NCBI GenBank assembly: GCA_028291645.1 | Contig: JAQGNU010000190.1 | Span: 3,113 to 67,112, forward strand | Length of the DNA stretch: 64,000 nucleotides | Direction of reading: 5' to 3' | Source: Nevskia sp. | GTDB taxonomy: Bacteria > Pseudomonadota > Gammaproteobacteria > Nevskiales > Nevskiaceae | Shown: piece by piece, positions 1 through 7,509 of the stretch | How the letters are laid out: the number at the start of each line of letters is the position of its first letter | Numbering within the stretch: position 1 is the stretch's first letter | Position numbers and translations under genes: made by a program | Notes under the pieces: generated by a model | Seen by the model: only the letters and a program-made list of their open reading frames with translations | Database searches by the model: none | Told to the model about the DNA's origin: nothing

Positions 1-863
1 GCGGCTTCGGCGAACGGTACCTGATAGCCCGGTTCGAGCTTGATCGCGATGCCACCACGCGCACCGCCGCTGGAGACCGAGAGATAGTCGACGCCGGCGT
101 CCAGCAATCTGCGGCCATAGACGATCGCATCCTCGACGGTCCAACCGCCTTCAAGCCAGTCGGTGCCGTTGATGCGCAGGCCGAACGTCTTCGTAGTCGG
201 CCAGACTGCACGTACGGCGCGGACGACTTCGAGCGGGAAGCGCAGGCGATTTTCCAGCGAGCCGCCGTACCGGTCGTCGCGCTGGTTGGCAATCGGCGAC
301 AGAAACGCATGCATCAGGTAACCGTGCGCGGAGTGCAGTTCGACGAAGTCGAGACCCGCGCGATCGGCGCGTACGGCAGCTTGCACGAAGGCCTGCACGA
401 TGCGTGCGATGCCGCTCTCGTCGAGTGCGCTGGGCAGCGGCCAGCCGTTGCCCCAGGCGATCGGAGAAGGCGCGAAAGTCTGCCAGGCGCCTTCCGCCGC
501 GCTGAGTGGTTGGCCGCCGTTCCACGGCGCATGCGCCGAAGCCTTGCGTCCAGCATGTGCGAGCTGGATGCCGATAGGCAGCTCGGCAAAGCTTCTGAGG
601 CGCTCGATCATCTGCTGCAAGGCCAGTGCCTGCTCGTCGTTCCATAAGCCGAGGCAGCCATGCGTAATTGCGCCGTTCGGTTCGACCGCGGTTGCTTCCA
701 TCGTCAGGATGCCGGCGCCGGAATTGGCCAGGTGACCGAGATGCTGCTCATGCCAGGGCTGTACAATGCCGTCCATTGCAGAGTACTGGCACATGGGCGC
801 GACCACGATACGGTTCGAGGCATCGAGCTTGCCCAATCTGGCAGGGGAAAACAGAGCGCTCAT
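1..863 (-). CDS. NADH:flavin oxidoreductase, Old Yellow Enzyme family (N-terminal part; gene runs off the left edge)
   Basis: My own translation from ATG (complement of 863-861): MSALFSPARLGKLDASNRIVVAPMCQYSAMDG...VELHSAHGYLMHAFLSPIANQRDDRYGGSLENRLRF. These are classic OYE motifs. It is absent from the ORF track because there is no stop codon inside the window. Confidence 0.85.
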   Translation of the reverse strand, partial: MSALFSPARLGKLDASNRIVVAPMCQYSAMDGIVQPWHEQHLGHLANSGAGILTMEATAVEPNGAITHGCLGLWNDEQALALQQMIERLRSFAELPIGIQLAHAGRKASAHAPWNGGQPLSAAEGAWQTFAPSPIAWGNGWPLPSALDESGIARIVQAFVQAAVRADRAGLDFVELHSAHGYLMHAFLSPIANQRDDRYGGSLENRLRFPLEVVRAVRAVWPTTKTFGLRINGTDWLEGGWTVEDAIVYGRRLLDAGVDYLSVSSGGARGGIAIKLEPGYQVPFAEA

Positions 864-889
864 CGGGGCTGAAGATGTATTCCGAATAC

Positions 890-905
890 GGTATGTAACC
901 ATACC
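890..905. promoter_or_regulatory. Candidate operator copy 1: perfect palindrome GGTATG-TAAC-CATACC between the divergent OYE and TetR genes
   Basis: Read directly from the sequence. Arms are 6+6 with a 4-nt spacer. It lies in the 123-bp divergent intergenic region. Confidence 0.6.
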
Positions 906-986
906 ATATCCCGGTTCTGCTCGACGGAGGTCTCTAGCCGTTCGAGTGCCGGGCAGGCGCGCACGGACAGAATCGCAAAGGTTTGT

Positions 987-1679
987 GTGGCAGTAAAAGC
1001 CAAGGACCGGAGCAAGGCGGGCACAGCGTCCGCGCCGACAGATTCATCGCGCCATACCGGCAGGCGCGCACCGGGACGTCCGACCGTCGAGCAGGCCAGC
1101 GAGTTGCGCGAGAACATTCTCGATGCCGCGCTCGATGTCTTCTTCAGGCATGGCTTCGAGGCCAGCAGCATGGAGGGCATTGCACGCGCGGCGAGCGTCG
1201 CCAAAATCACGCTGTACCGGCATTTCGAGACCAAGGAGCAGCTGTTCGTGGAGGTCGCACGCCGCGCGCAGCTGCGCGTCCGCAGCAGCCTCGCATTCAT
1301 GGTCGACACGCGGGCACCACTCGAACAGGTACTGCGGAAAATTATCGAAACGCTCTACGACGGATTTACCCAGCCGCAATATCTTGCGGTGATGCGGATG
1401 GTGATCGCGGAAGCGACACGCTTCCCCAAGCTGGGGCGCGCGATGCTGAACGATTCGAAGATCGTTGCCGAGCCCCTGGTTCAATACCTGCAGCAGCTCA
1501 AGGACAGCGGCCAGATCGCGATCGAATCCGCCTACGACGCAGCCACACAGATTTCCGGCATGGCGAGCGGCGCCGGACGCTACCTGCTGGTAACGCCGTC
1601 GCGCCATCCGATGAGTCGCCAGCACTGGATCGAAACGCTGGTGAGCCTGTTCACGCGCGCCTGGCGCGTCGAAGCCTGA
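987..1679 (+). CDS. TetR/AcrR family transcriptional regulator
   Basis: N-terminal HTH signature ENILDAALDVFFRHGFEASSMEGIARAASVAKITLYRHFETKEQLF. 230 aa. Divergent from the OYE gene. Confidence 0.9.
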   Translation: MAVKAKDRSKAGTASAPTDSSRHTGRRAPGRPTVEQASELRENILDAALDVFFRHGFEASSMEGIARAASVAKITLYRHFETKEQLFVEVARRAQLRVRSSLAFMVDTRAPLEQVLRKIIETLYDGFTQPQYLAVMRMVIAEATRFPKLGRAMLNDSKIVAEPLVQYLQQLKDSGQIAIESAYDAATQISGMASGAGRYLLVTPSRHPMSRQHWIETLVSLFTRAWRVEA

Positions 1680-1813
1680 TCTAAATACTGCTGCGAAGCC
1701 GGGCTGCTACGGGACAAGTACCGGATCGCCGGTAATGTTACGGTGCCATACTTTAATCCGCGGACGACTTCGCGGATGCTCCGCGCACCCGACATTCTCC
1801 ATTTCCTCGCACC

Positions 1814-2095
1814 GTGAAAAATCGCGTCGACTCGATCGCCGGCCGCCTGCGGCAGGATTTCCTCATGCCGGTAATCGTCGCCCCGATGTTCCTGGTCTCC
1901 GGGCCCGAACTGGTGATCGCTTCCTGCAAGGCCGGCCTGATGGGCTGGTTCCCGACGCAGAACGCGCGCAAGGCGGTCGACGCCGGCGCCGATGGCCTGA
2001 TGGGCGCGCGGTTCATCGCCTGCCCTGAGAGCCTGGTCAACCAGGAGTACCGCGACATGAAGGTGCGCGCGGGCATGGATGGCGTCGGGCGGTGA
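1814..2095 (+). pseudogene. Remnant of a nitronate monooxygenase (NMO / 2-nitropropane dioxygenase family) with large internal deletions
   Basis: The 93-aa ORF keeps the NMO N-terminus (PVIVAPMFLVSGPELVIASCKAGLMGWFPTQNAR) joined to a C-terminal-type segment (GADGLMGARFIACPESLVNQEYRDM). Full-length family members are about 320 aa. Confidence 0.5.
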
Positions 2096-2220
2096 CCGGT
2101 GTGATGTGCAATTGGTTGAAGAAGAGCCTGACCAGCTCCTCGCTGAATATCGGAACGCATCGCGGCCGCGGCGAGCCGCGCTGCAACTCGTCGCCAATCA
2201 ATAAAAAGGAAAGCCCGAAA

Positions 2221-3366
2221 ATGCTGGCACATCGTGCGGTGTACAACGAGGAGCATGCGATGTTTCGCGACGCGGTGCGCGGCTTCATCGCGGCCGAGAT
2301 CACGCCGAACTTCACGCGTTGGGAAGAACAGGGCATCGTCGATCGTGAATACTGGAGCAAGGGCGGCGCAGCAGGACTGCTCTGTGCGCAGGTGCCGGAA
2401 ATCTACGGCGGTCCAGGTGGCAGTTTCAAATACAACGCCATCATCGGCGAAGAGATCGCGTATGCCGGTTACGCCGGTCCGCTGAGCGACTTCTCGGTGC
2501 ACAGTGATGTCTGTGCCGGCTACATCCTGCATTTCGGCTCCGAAGCACAGAAGCAGTACTGGTTGCCGCGCATGGTCCGCGGCGAAAGCGTCTGCGCGAT
2601 CGCGATGACCGAACCGGGAACGGGCAGCGATCTGCAAGGCGTGCGTACCCGCGCGGTCGCCAGCGGCGACGAACTCATTGTCTCCGGCAGCAAGACCTTT
2701 ATCTCGAACGGCCAGCACGCGGATGTCGTGATCGTGGTCGCACGCACCAGCGACGCACCCGGTGCCAAGGGCCTCAGCCTGGTGCTGGTCGAGACCCACC
2801 GGCCGGGTTTTCGTCGCGGCCGCAATCTGGAAAAACTCGGCCATCAGTCGGCCGACACTTCGGAATTGTTTTTCGACGAAGTGCGGGTACCGGCTTCGAA
2901 CATCCTCGGTGGCGAAGGTTGCGGCTTCACCGTGCTGATGACGGAACTGCCGCAGGAGCGGCTGACATTGGCCATCTCGTCGATGGGGGCCGCGCAGCGC
3001 GCGTTCGATATCAGCTGCGAGTACGTGCACTCACGCCGCGCCTTCGGCAAGGCGGTAATGGAGTTCCAGAACACGCGCTACAAGCTCGCCGATATCAAGG
3101 CCGAACTGAGTGTCGGCTGGGCGTTCGTCGACCAATGCCTCGAGCGCCACGAGCGCGGCCAGCTCAGTTCGAGCGATGCTTCCATCGCAAAACTCTGGTG
3201 CAGCGAAATGCACGGCCGGGTGGTCGATCAATGCCTGCAGTTCTTCGGCGGCTACGGCTTCATGCGCGAGTATGAAATCTGCCGCTTATATGCCGATGCG
3301 CGCGTGCAGCGCATCTACGGCGGGACTTCGGAAATCATGCGCGAGCTGATTTCGCGCTCACTCTGA
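2221..3366 (+). CDS. Acyl-CoA dehydrogenase
   Basis: MLAHRAVYNEEHAMFRDAVRGFIAAEI...MTEPGTGSDLQGV...RIYGGTSEIMRELISRSL. ATG at 2221 is preceded by AAGGAAAG. The longer track ORF from 2092 has a non-homologous N-extension. Confidence 0.9.
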   Translation: MLAHRAVYNEEHAMFRDAVRGFIAAEITPNFTRWEEQGIVDREYWSKGGAAGLLCAQVPEIYGGPGGSFKYNAIIGEEIAYAGYAGPLSDFSVHSDVCAGYILHFGSEAQKQYWLPRMVRGESVCAIAMTEPGTGSDLQGVRTRAVASGDELIVSGSKTFISNGQHADVVIVVARTSDAPGAKGLSLVLVETHRPGFRRGRNLEKLGHQSADTSELFFDEVRVPASNILGGEGCGFTVLMTELPQERLTLAISSMGAAQRAFDISCEYVHSRRAFGKAVMEFQNTRYKLADIKAELSVGWAFVDQCLERHERGQLSSSDASIAKLWCSEMHGRVVDQCLQFFGGYGFMREYEICRLYADARVQRIYGGTSEIMRELISRSL

Positions 3367-3417
3367 CAATCCGCTTGCCGCGCTCGCGGCAGGCGCGAGC
3401 GCAGCCCGGTTCAAGTA

Positions 3418-3446
3418 AAATGGTTCCATATAGTTGCGAACCATAC
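3418..3446. promoter_or_regulatory. Candidate operator, degenerate tandem pair: AAATG-GTTC-CATAT A GTTGC-GAAC-CATAC
   Basis: Two 14-bp units separated by 1 nt, immediately upstream of the MarR gene. The right half-sites are conserved and the left half-sites are degenerate. Confidence 0.35.
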
Positions 3447-3461
3447 TAATATGGTATTAGG

Positions 3462-4022
3462 ATGATTAACAGGTTAACCATATTGATATCGTACATGCGC
3501 GGAATCGAACGTCTGGCATCAGTAGAACGAAGCACACCGCCGATGGCGGAGGCCTTGCCCGAACTGCCGATGGCGGAAACAGTCATGGTGCGGCTGATGC
3601 GCATCGGCGTATTCGGCCTCGGCAATTTCTTCGAGCCGGTATTCCGCGAACTCGGCTTGACCGAGAACAGTTTCCACGTGCTCTGCCTGCTGATGGCTGG
3701 CGACCAGGGCCGCGCATCGCCGAGCGAGCTAAGTGAACTGGTAGGCACCACCCGCGCGAACATGACCCGCATTCTCGATTCGCTGGTCAACGACGGCTTG
3801 GCCTCTCGCGCCATCGAGGCACGCGACGGACGACGTCACGTCATTCGCATTACCACGGCCGGATGCAAGGTCGCGAGCGAAGCCGGTCCCAGACTGGTCG
3901 AGCCCTTGAAGCGGGCGTTCTCGGGCCTGGACGCAGACGAGCTTGCATCATTGGACCGGTTGCTACGCAAAGCGATCGTGTCCTTCGACAAGGGTGCGAC
4001 GCCGCTGCGTGTCGCGGCCTGA
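3462..4022 (+). CDS. MarR family transcriptional regulator (alternative start ATG 3543)
   Basis: Winged-helix MarR region: FHVLCLLMAGDQGRASPSELSELVGTTRANMTRILDSLVNDGLASR...DGRRHVIRITTAG. Confidence 0.85.
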   Translation: MINRLTILISYMRGIERLASVERSTPPMAEALPELPMAETVMVRLMRIGVFGLGNFFEPVFRELGLTENSFHVLCLLMAGDQGRASPSELSELVGTTRANMTRILDSLVNDGLASRAIEARDGRRHVIRITTAGCKVASEAGPRLVEPLKRAFSGLDADELASLDRLLRKAIVSFDKGATPLRVAA

Positions 4023-4085
4023 ACACACCGATTGATATCGACAAGAACCCGTCGCAGCTGACGACGCCAACAGAGGAGAAGGAAT

Positions 4086-4835
4086 ATGGATGAGAAAACC
4101 AGTCTCAGGTACCAGTTGATCAGTGCCTGGTGTGGCCCCGCGTTTCTGGTCACCTTCGTGTTTTTCTGGGGATTCCTGGGACACAATCTGCCGAACCCGT
4201 CGCCCGCATCGAGCGCGGCCGATCTGACTACACGCTATCTCAACAACCTCGGCGAGATACGGCTGGGGTTTATCGTCTCGATGATCACGGTCTGCCTGTA
4301 CCTGCCCTGGACTGCGGTGCTCAGCGCGCAGATGGCGCGGATCGAAGGGAACTTCCCGGTACTCAGCTTCCTGCAACTGCTCGGCGGCGGTTTGACGGTG
4401 ATGGTGGTGTCGTTCAGCGCGATGTTCTGGGCAGTGGCGGCGTTTCGCCCGGATCGCGATCCGGCCTCGTTTCAGCTGCTCACCGATATGGGCTGGCTAT
4501 GTATCGATCTGCAGTACGCCTGCACCACGCTGCAGATGGTGGCGGCGGCGCTGGCCGGATTGGCGGATAAGCGCAAGCTACCGCTGTTTCCCCGCTGGGT
4601 CTGCTACCTGACCATCTGGTGCGGTATCAGCTTTTTCCCCGCGAGCCTTACCGGCGTGCTGAAGACCGGTCCGTTCGCATGGAATGGTGCGCTGAGCTAC
4701 TACATTCCGTACTTCTGCTGGCTTTGCTGGTACAGCACGGCAAGCATCTACATGATCAAGGAAGTGCGCCGACGCATGCATGGCGCGGACGTTCCGGCGA
4801 CCTCCGGTCGACTTGCGCACGGCATGGGGACTTGA
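4086..4835 (+). CDS. Polytopic membrane protein of unknown function (paralog of 41184-41948)
   Basis: About six hydrophobic segments. Good RBS (GAGGAGAAGGAA). Shares WCGP, LSAxMAxxEGxxPV, PRW and GxFAxxG motifs with the 41184 ORF. Confidence 0.6.
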   Translation: MDEKTSLRYQLISAWCGPAFLVTFVFFWGFLGHNLPNPSPASSAADLTTRYLNNLGEIRLGFIVSMITVCLYLPWTAVLSAQMARIEGNFPVLSFLQLLGGGLTVMVVSFSAMFWAVAAFRPDRDPASFQLLTDMGWLCIDLQYACTTLQMVAAALAGLADKRKLPLFPRWVCYLTIWCGISFFPASLTGVLKTGPFAWNGALSYYIPYFCWLCWYSTASIYMIKEVRRRMHGADVPATSGRLAHGMGT

Positions 4836-4966
4836 AAGCTTGAGGCGGCAAGTCCGCCTCAGTCCGGCGCGCAGGGCTTCGGCATTCACATCCTGCTTCG
4901 GTGTGTTCTGCGGCGACATGGCCGCTGCGCGCGGCCCTGTGCGTCAATCATCTGGGGTGTCGTCTC

Positions 4967-5563
4967 ATGAGTGCAATTGCAGCGACGCCGGATGCGGCGG
5001 AGTACAGCACGCGACGCCTTCCGGGAGACCAGGACGTCTGGATTTTCATCATCGCCGAACTGCTGATGTTCGGCGCGTTCTTCATTGCCTATATCGTAAA
5101 CCGGGCAGGCGAGGTCGACCTGTTCAATGCCTCCCAGCTGACGCTCGACCGAAGCTTCGGCGTGGTCAACACGCTGCTGCTGGTGACAAGCTCGTGGGCG
5201 GTCGTAGAGGCCGCGGCAGCGGTGAGAGGAAATCGTGCTGCGTTGGCCCCATGTTATCTATTGATAGCCATCGGGCTCGGCGTCGCCTTCATTGTCGTCA
5301 AGTTCTTCGAATACTCGGCCAAGTTCGAGGCCGGGCTGTCGATGACGACGAACACCTTCTACATGTTTTATTTCTGCCTGACGATGATCCATCTTGCGCA
5401 CGTCGTCGTCGGTACGATCATCCTGATCGTGATGTGGACGAATGCGCGCAATGGAAACTACGCCGCCGCCCACACCAAAGGTCTCGAAACCGGCGCGTCG
5501 TATTGGCATATGGTCGATCTGCTCTGGATTTTCCTGTTCGCACTGCTGTATCTGCTGAGATAG
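4967..5563 (+). CDS. Heme-copper oxidase subunit III family protein (NorE/NirO-like)
   Basis: DVWIFIIAELLMFGAFFIAY...NTLLLVTSSW...FYFCLTMIHLAHVVVG...GASYWHMVDLLWIFLFALLYLL is typical of the COX III fold. ATG at 4967 is in frame with the track ORF 4901. Confidence 0.8.
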   Translation: MSAIAATPDAAEYSTRRLPGDQDVWIFIIAELLMFGAFFIAYIVNRAGEVDLFNASQLTLDRSFGVVNTLLLVTSSWAVVEAAAAVRGNRAALAPCYLLIAIGLGVAFIVVKFFEYSAKFEAGLSMTTNTFYMFYFCLTMIHLAHVVVGTIILIVMWTNARNGNYAAAHTKGLETGASYWHMVDLLWIFLFALLYLLR

Positions 5564-5569
5564 TTCGAC

Positions 5570-5854
5570 ATGTCCGGATTCCTGCGCGACGCGCGTCATC
5601 GAACCTGGCTGTTGCTGGTCATCGCCACCGGCGCAACCTTCTGGCTTCGCGTCGATAGCGACATCGGCTTGGCCGCCGCCGCGGGAACGATCGCGATCGC
5701 CTATATCAAGGGGCGTCTGATCGTCCTCGACTTCATGGAATTGCGCCATGCGCCGCGGATCTGGAAAGGCATTTTCGAGACCTGGCTGTTTGTGGTTTCG
5801 GCAATCATTCTTGCCGTCTATCGCTTCGGACTCCCCGCAATCGGCAGTGCCTGA
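5570..5854 (+). CDS. Small 3-TM membrane protein, prokaryotic COX-IV-like (NorF/NirP-like position)
   Basis: 94 aa with three hydrophobic helices. Starts 6 nt after the COX-III-like gene. The family call is tentative. Confidence 0.5.
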   Translation: MSGFLRDARHRTWLLLVIATGATFWLRVDSDIGLAAAAGTIAIAYIKGRLIVLDFMELRHAPRIWKGIFETWLFVVSAIILAVYRFGLPAIGSA

Positions 5855-5938
5855 GGATTTGAACTTGCGGCATGCGTGACGAAAGTTCGGAGTAACCGGG
5901 AGGCGACGCCGGCAAGGGATTGAGGGCAGGGTCGAAAA

Positions 5939-5958
5939 ATGGTATGTTTCCATACCAT
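5939..5958. promoter_or_regulatory. Candidate operator: perfect 20-bp palindrome ATGGTATG-TTTC-CATACCAT, overlapping a -10-like CATAAT (5956-5961)
   Basis: Read directly from the sequence, 85 nt upstream of the proposed TTG start at 6043. It falls inside the implausible N-extension of track ORF 5920. Confidence 0.6.
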
Positions 5959-6042
5959 AATGTGAATCGGCGCCGGCGGGTCTGCACGAAACAGACATGC
6001 GAAGGCGACTCTTCACACAGAACGCTCTGCCGGAGGCATTCC

Positions 6043-7491
6043 TTGACGTCCAGTACTCCCATCGGCATCAAGTCCTTCGGTGCCTACATCCCGCACCGGC
6101 GCCTGTCGCGCGCGGCGATTGCCGCGGCGCATGCCTGGGCCTTGCCGTCGCTGAAGTCGCTCGGAAAAGGCGAGAAAGCCTTCTGCAGCTGGGACGAGGA
6201 TGCGATCACGATGGCGGTGGAAGCCAGCCGCGATTGCCTGCGCGGTGGATCGGCGGATGCGATCGCCGGCCTCAGCTTCGCCAGCACGACGGCGCCGTAC
6301 GCCGACCTGCAGAACGCCACGATCGTTGGTTCGGCGCTGCGTCTGCCGGATGTGTCCACGCGGACCGATCTCGCTGGTTCGCTGCGCGCCGGCCTGGCCG
6401 CAGTCGCGCAGGCCCTGCAAAGTTCCGCCCCGGGCGAACAGCTCATCGTCGCCGCCGACCGCCGCCGCGCGAAGCCGGGCAGCGTGCAGGAAATGCTGTA
6501 TGGCTCGGCCGCCGCGGCGCTGCGCGTCGGGCAGGGCGACGACGTCATCGCCCGCTTCCTCGGACGCGAGTCGGTTTCGGTGCCGTTCATCGATCACTTC
6601 CGCCAGAACGGCGAGAAGTTTGACTACTACTGGGAAGAGCGCTGGGTCCGCGACGAGGGTATTTCGAAGCTGGTGCCGCGTGCAGTCGGCGCTCTGCTCA
6701 AGCAGCTCGGTCTGTCGATGGATCGGGTCGCTCACTTCGGTCTGGCCGGCGGCCCTGCAGGTGGCGACAAGCTGGTTGCGAAGGCGCTGTCGTTGCCGCC
6801 GGATCGTCTGCTGCCGGACCTGCAAGGGCAGGTTGGCGACTGCGGTGCCGCGCAGCCGCTGCTGCAGATCGCGGCTGCGCTCGAACGCGCCAGGGCCGGC
6901 GACATATTCATCGTTGCATCGTTCGCGCAGGGCTGCGAAGTGCTGGCATTCGAGATGCTGCAGCCGGCACCAGCGACTGGACGCCGCGGTCTCGCCGGTT
7001 CGATCGCACGCCGCGTCGAAGAGACCGCGTATCTCAAGCTGCTGTCGTTCGACGGCGAGATCGAACTCGATTGGGGCATGCGTGCGGAGACCGACAACAA
7101 ATCCGCGCTGACACAGCTTTATCGCAGCGCCGATCAGATTCTCGGCTTCGTCGGCGGCAAGTGCGGTAGCTGCAATTCGATCCAGTTCCCGCGCATGCCG
7201 TCCTGCGTGAATTGCGGCGCGCTCGACTCGCAAATACCGTATGCGCTGGCCGACGAGCCGGCCCGGGTGGTCACGTACACCGCCGATTGGCTGCAGTACT
7301 CACCGGCGCCGCCGATGTACATGGGGCTGGTGCAGTTCGATGTCGGCGCGCGTCTGCTGATGGAGATGGTCGATGTCGGCGCCGCTGGCATCGACGTCGG
7401 CACGCCGCTGGCAATGAGCTTCCGCATCAAGGAACGCGACCGCCTGCGGCATTACGACCGCTATTTCTGGAAAGCGGTGCCGACGTCCTAA
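6043..7491 (+). CDS. Thiolase-fold (HMG-CoA synthase / KAS-III-like) domain fused to a C-terminal DUF35 Zn-ribbon + OB-fold domain
   Basis: N-terminal domain: IGIKSFGAYIPHRRLSR...SWDEDAITMAVEASRDCL. C-terminal domain: GGKCGSCNSIQFPRMPSCVNCGA...YTADWLQYSP (DUF35-like). TTG at 6043 is preceded by GGAGG. Confidence 0.75.
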   Translation: MTSSTPIGIKSFGAYIPHRRLSRAAIAAAHAWALPSLKSLGKGEKAFCSWDEDAITMAVEASRDCLRGGSADAIAGLSFASTTAPYADLQNATIVGSALRLPDVSTRTDLAGSLRAGLAAVAQALQSSAPGEQLIVAADRRRAKPGSVQEMLYGSAAAALRVGQGDDVIARFLGRESVSVPFIDHFRQNGEKFDYYWEERWVRDEGISKLVPRAVGALLKQLGLSMDRVAHFGLAGGPAGGDKLVAKALSLPPDRLLPDLQGQVGDCGAAQPLLQIAAALERARAGDIFIVASFAQGCEVLAFEMLQPAPATGRRGLAGSIARRVEETAYLKLLSFDGEIELDWGMRAETDNKSALTQLYRSADQILGFVGGKCGSCNSIQFPRMPSCVNCGALDSQIPYALADEPARVVTYTADWLQYSPAPPMYMGLVQFDVGARLLMEMVDVGAAGIDVGTPLAMSFRIKERDRLRHYDRYFWKAVPTS

Positions 7492-7509
7492 CCTTTAGAG
7501 ATTCGAAAC

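Noticed and set aside
1753-3030. 425-aa minus-strand ORF opposite the acyl-CoA dehydrogenase. The same applies to similar long antisense ORFs: 6013-7233(-), 11403-13103(+), 13155-13994(+), 22414-23550(-), 23388-24668(-), 26086-27519(-), 28670-30121(-), 30324-31310(-), 33743-35341(-), 38974-40041(-), 43376-44332(-), 46923-48755(-), 58275-59747(-) and 62200-63156(-).
   Set aside because: These are shadow ORFs typical of high-GC DNA. Their translations are Arg/Ala/Gly/His-rich with no motifs. The opposite strand in each case encodes a protein with unmistakable family signatures.
3373-3396. GC-rich inverted repeat (GCTTGCCGCG..CGCGGCAGGC) after the acyl-CoA dehydrogenase gene, considered as an intrinsic terminator.
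   Set aside because: No U-tract follows it and the loop is tiny. It may still pause or terminate transcription, but I cannot support a terminator call.
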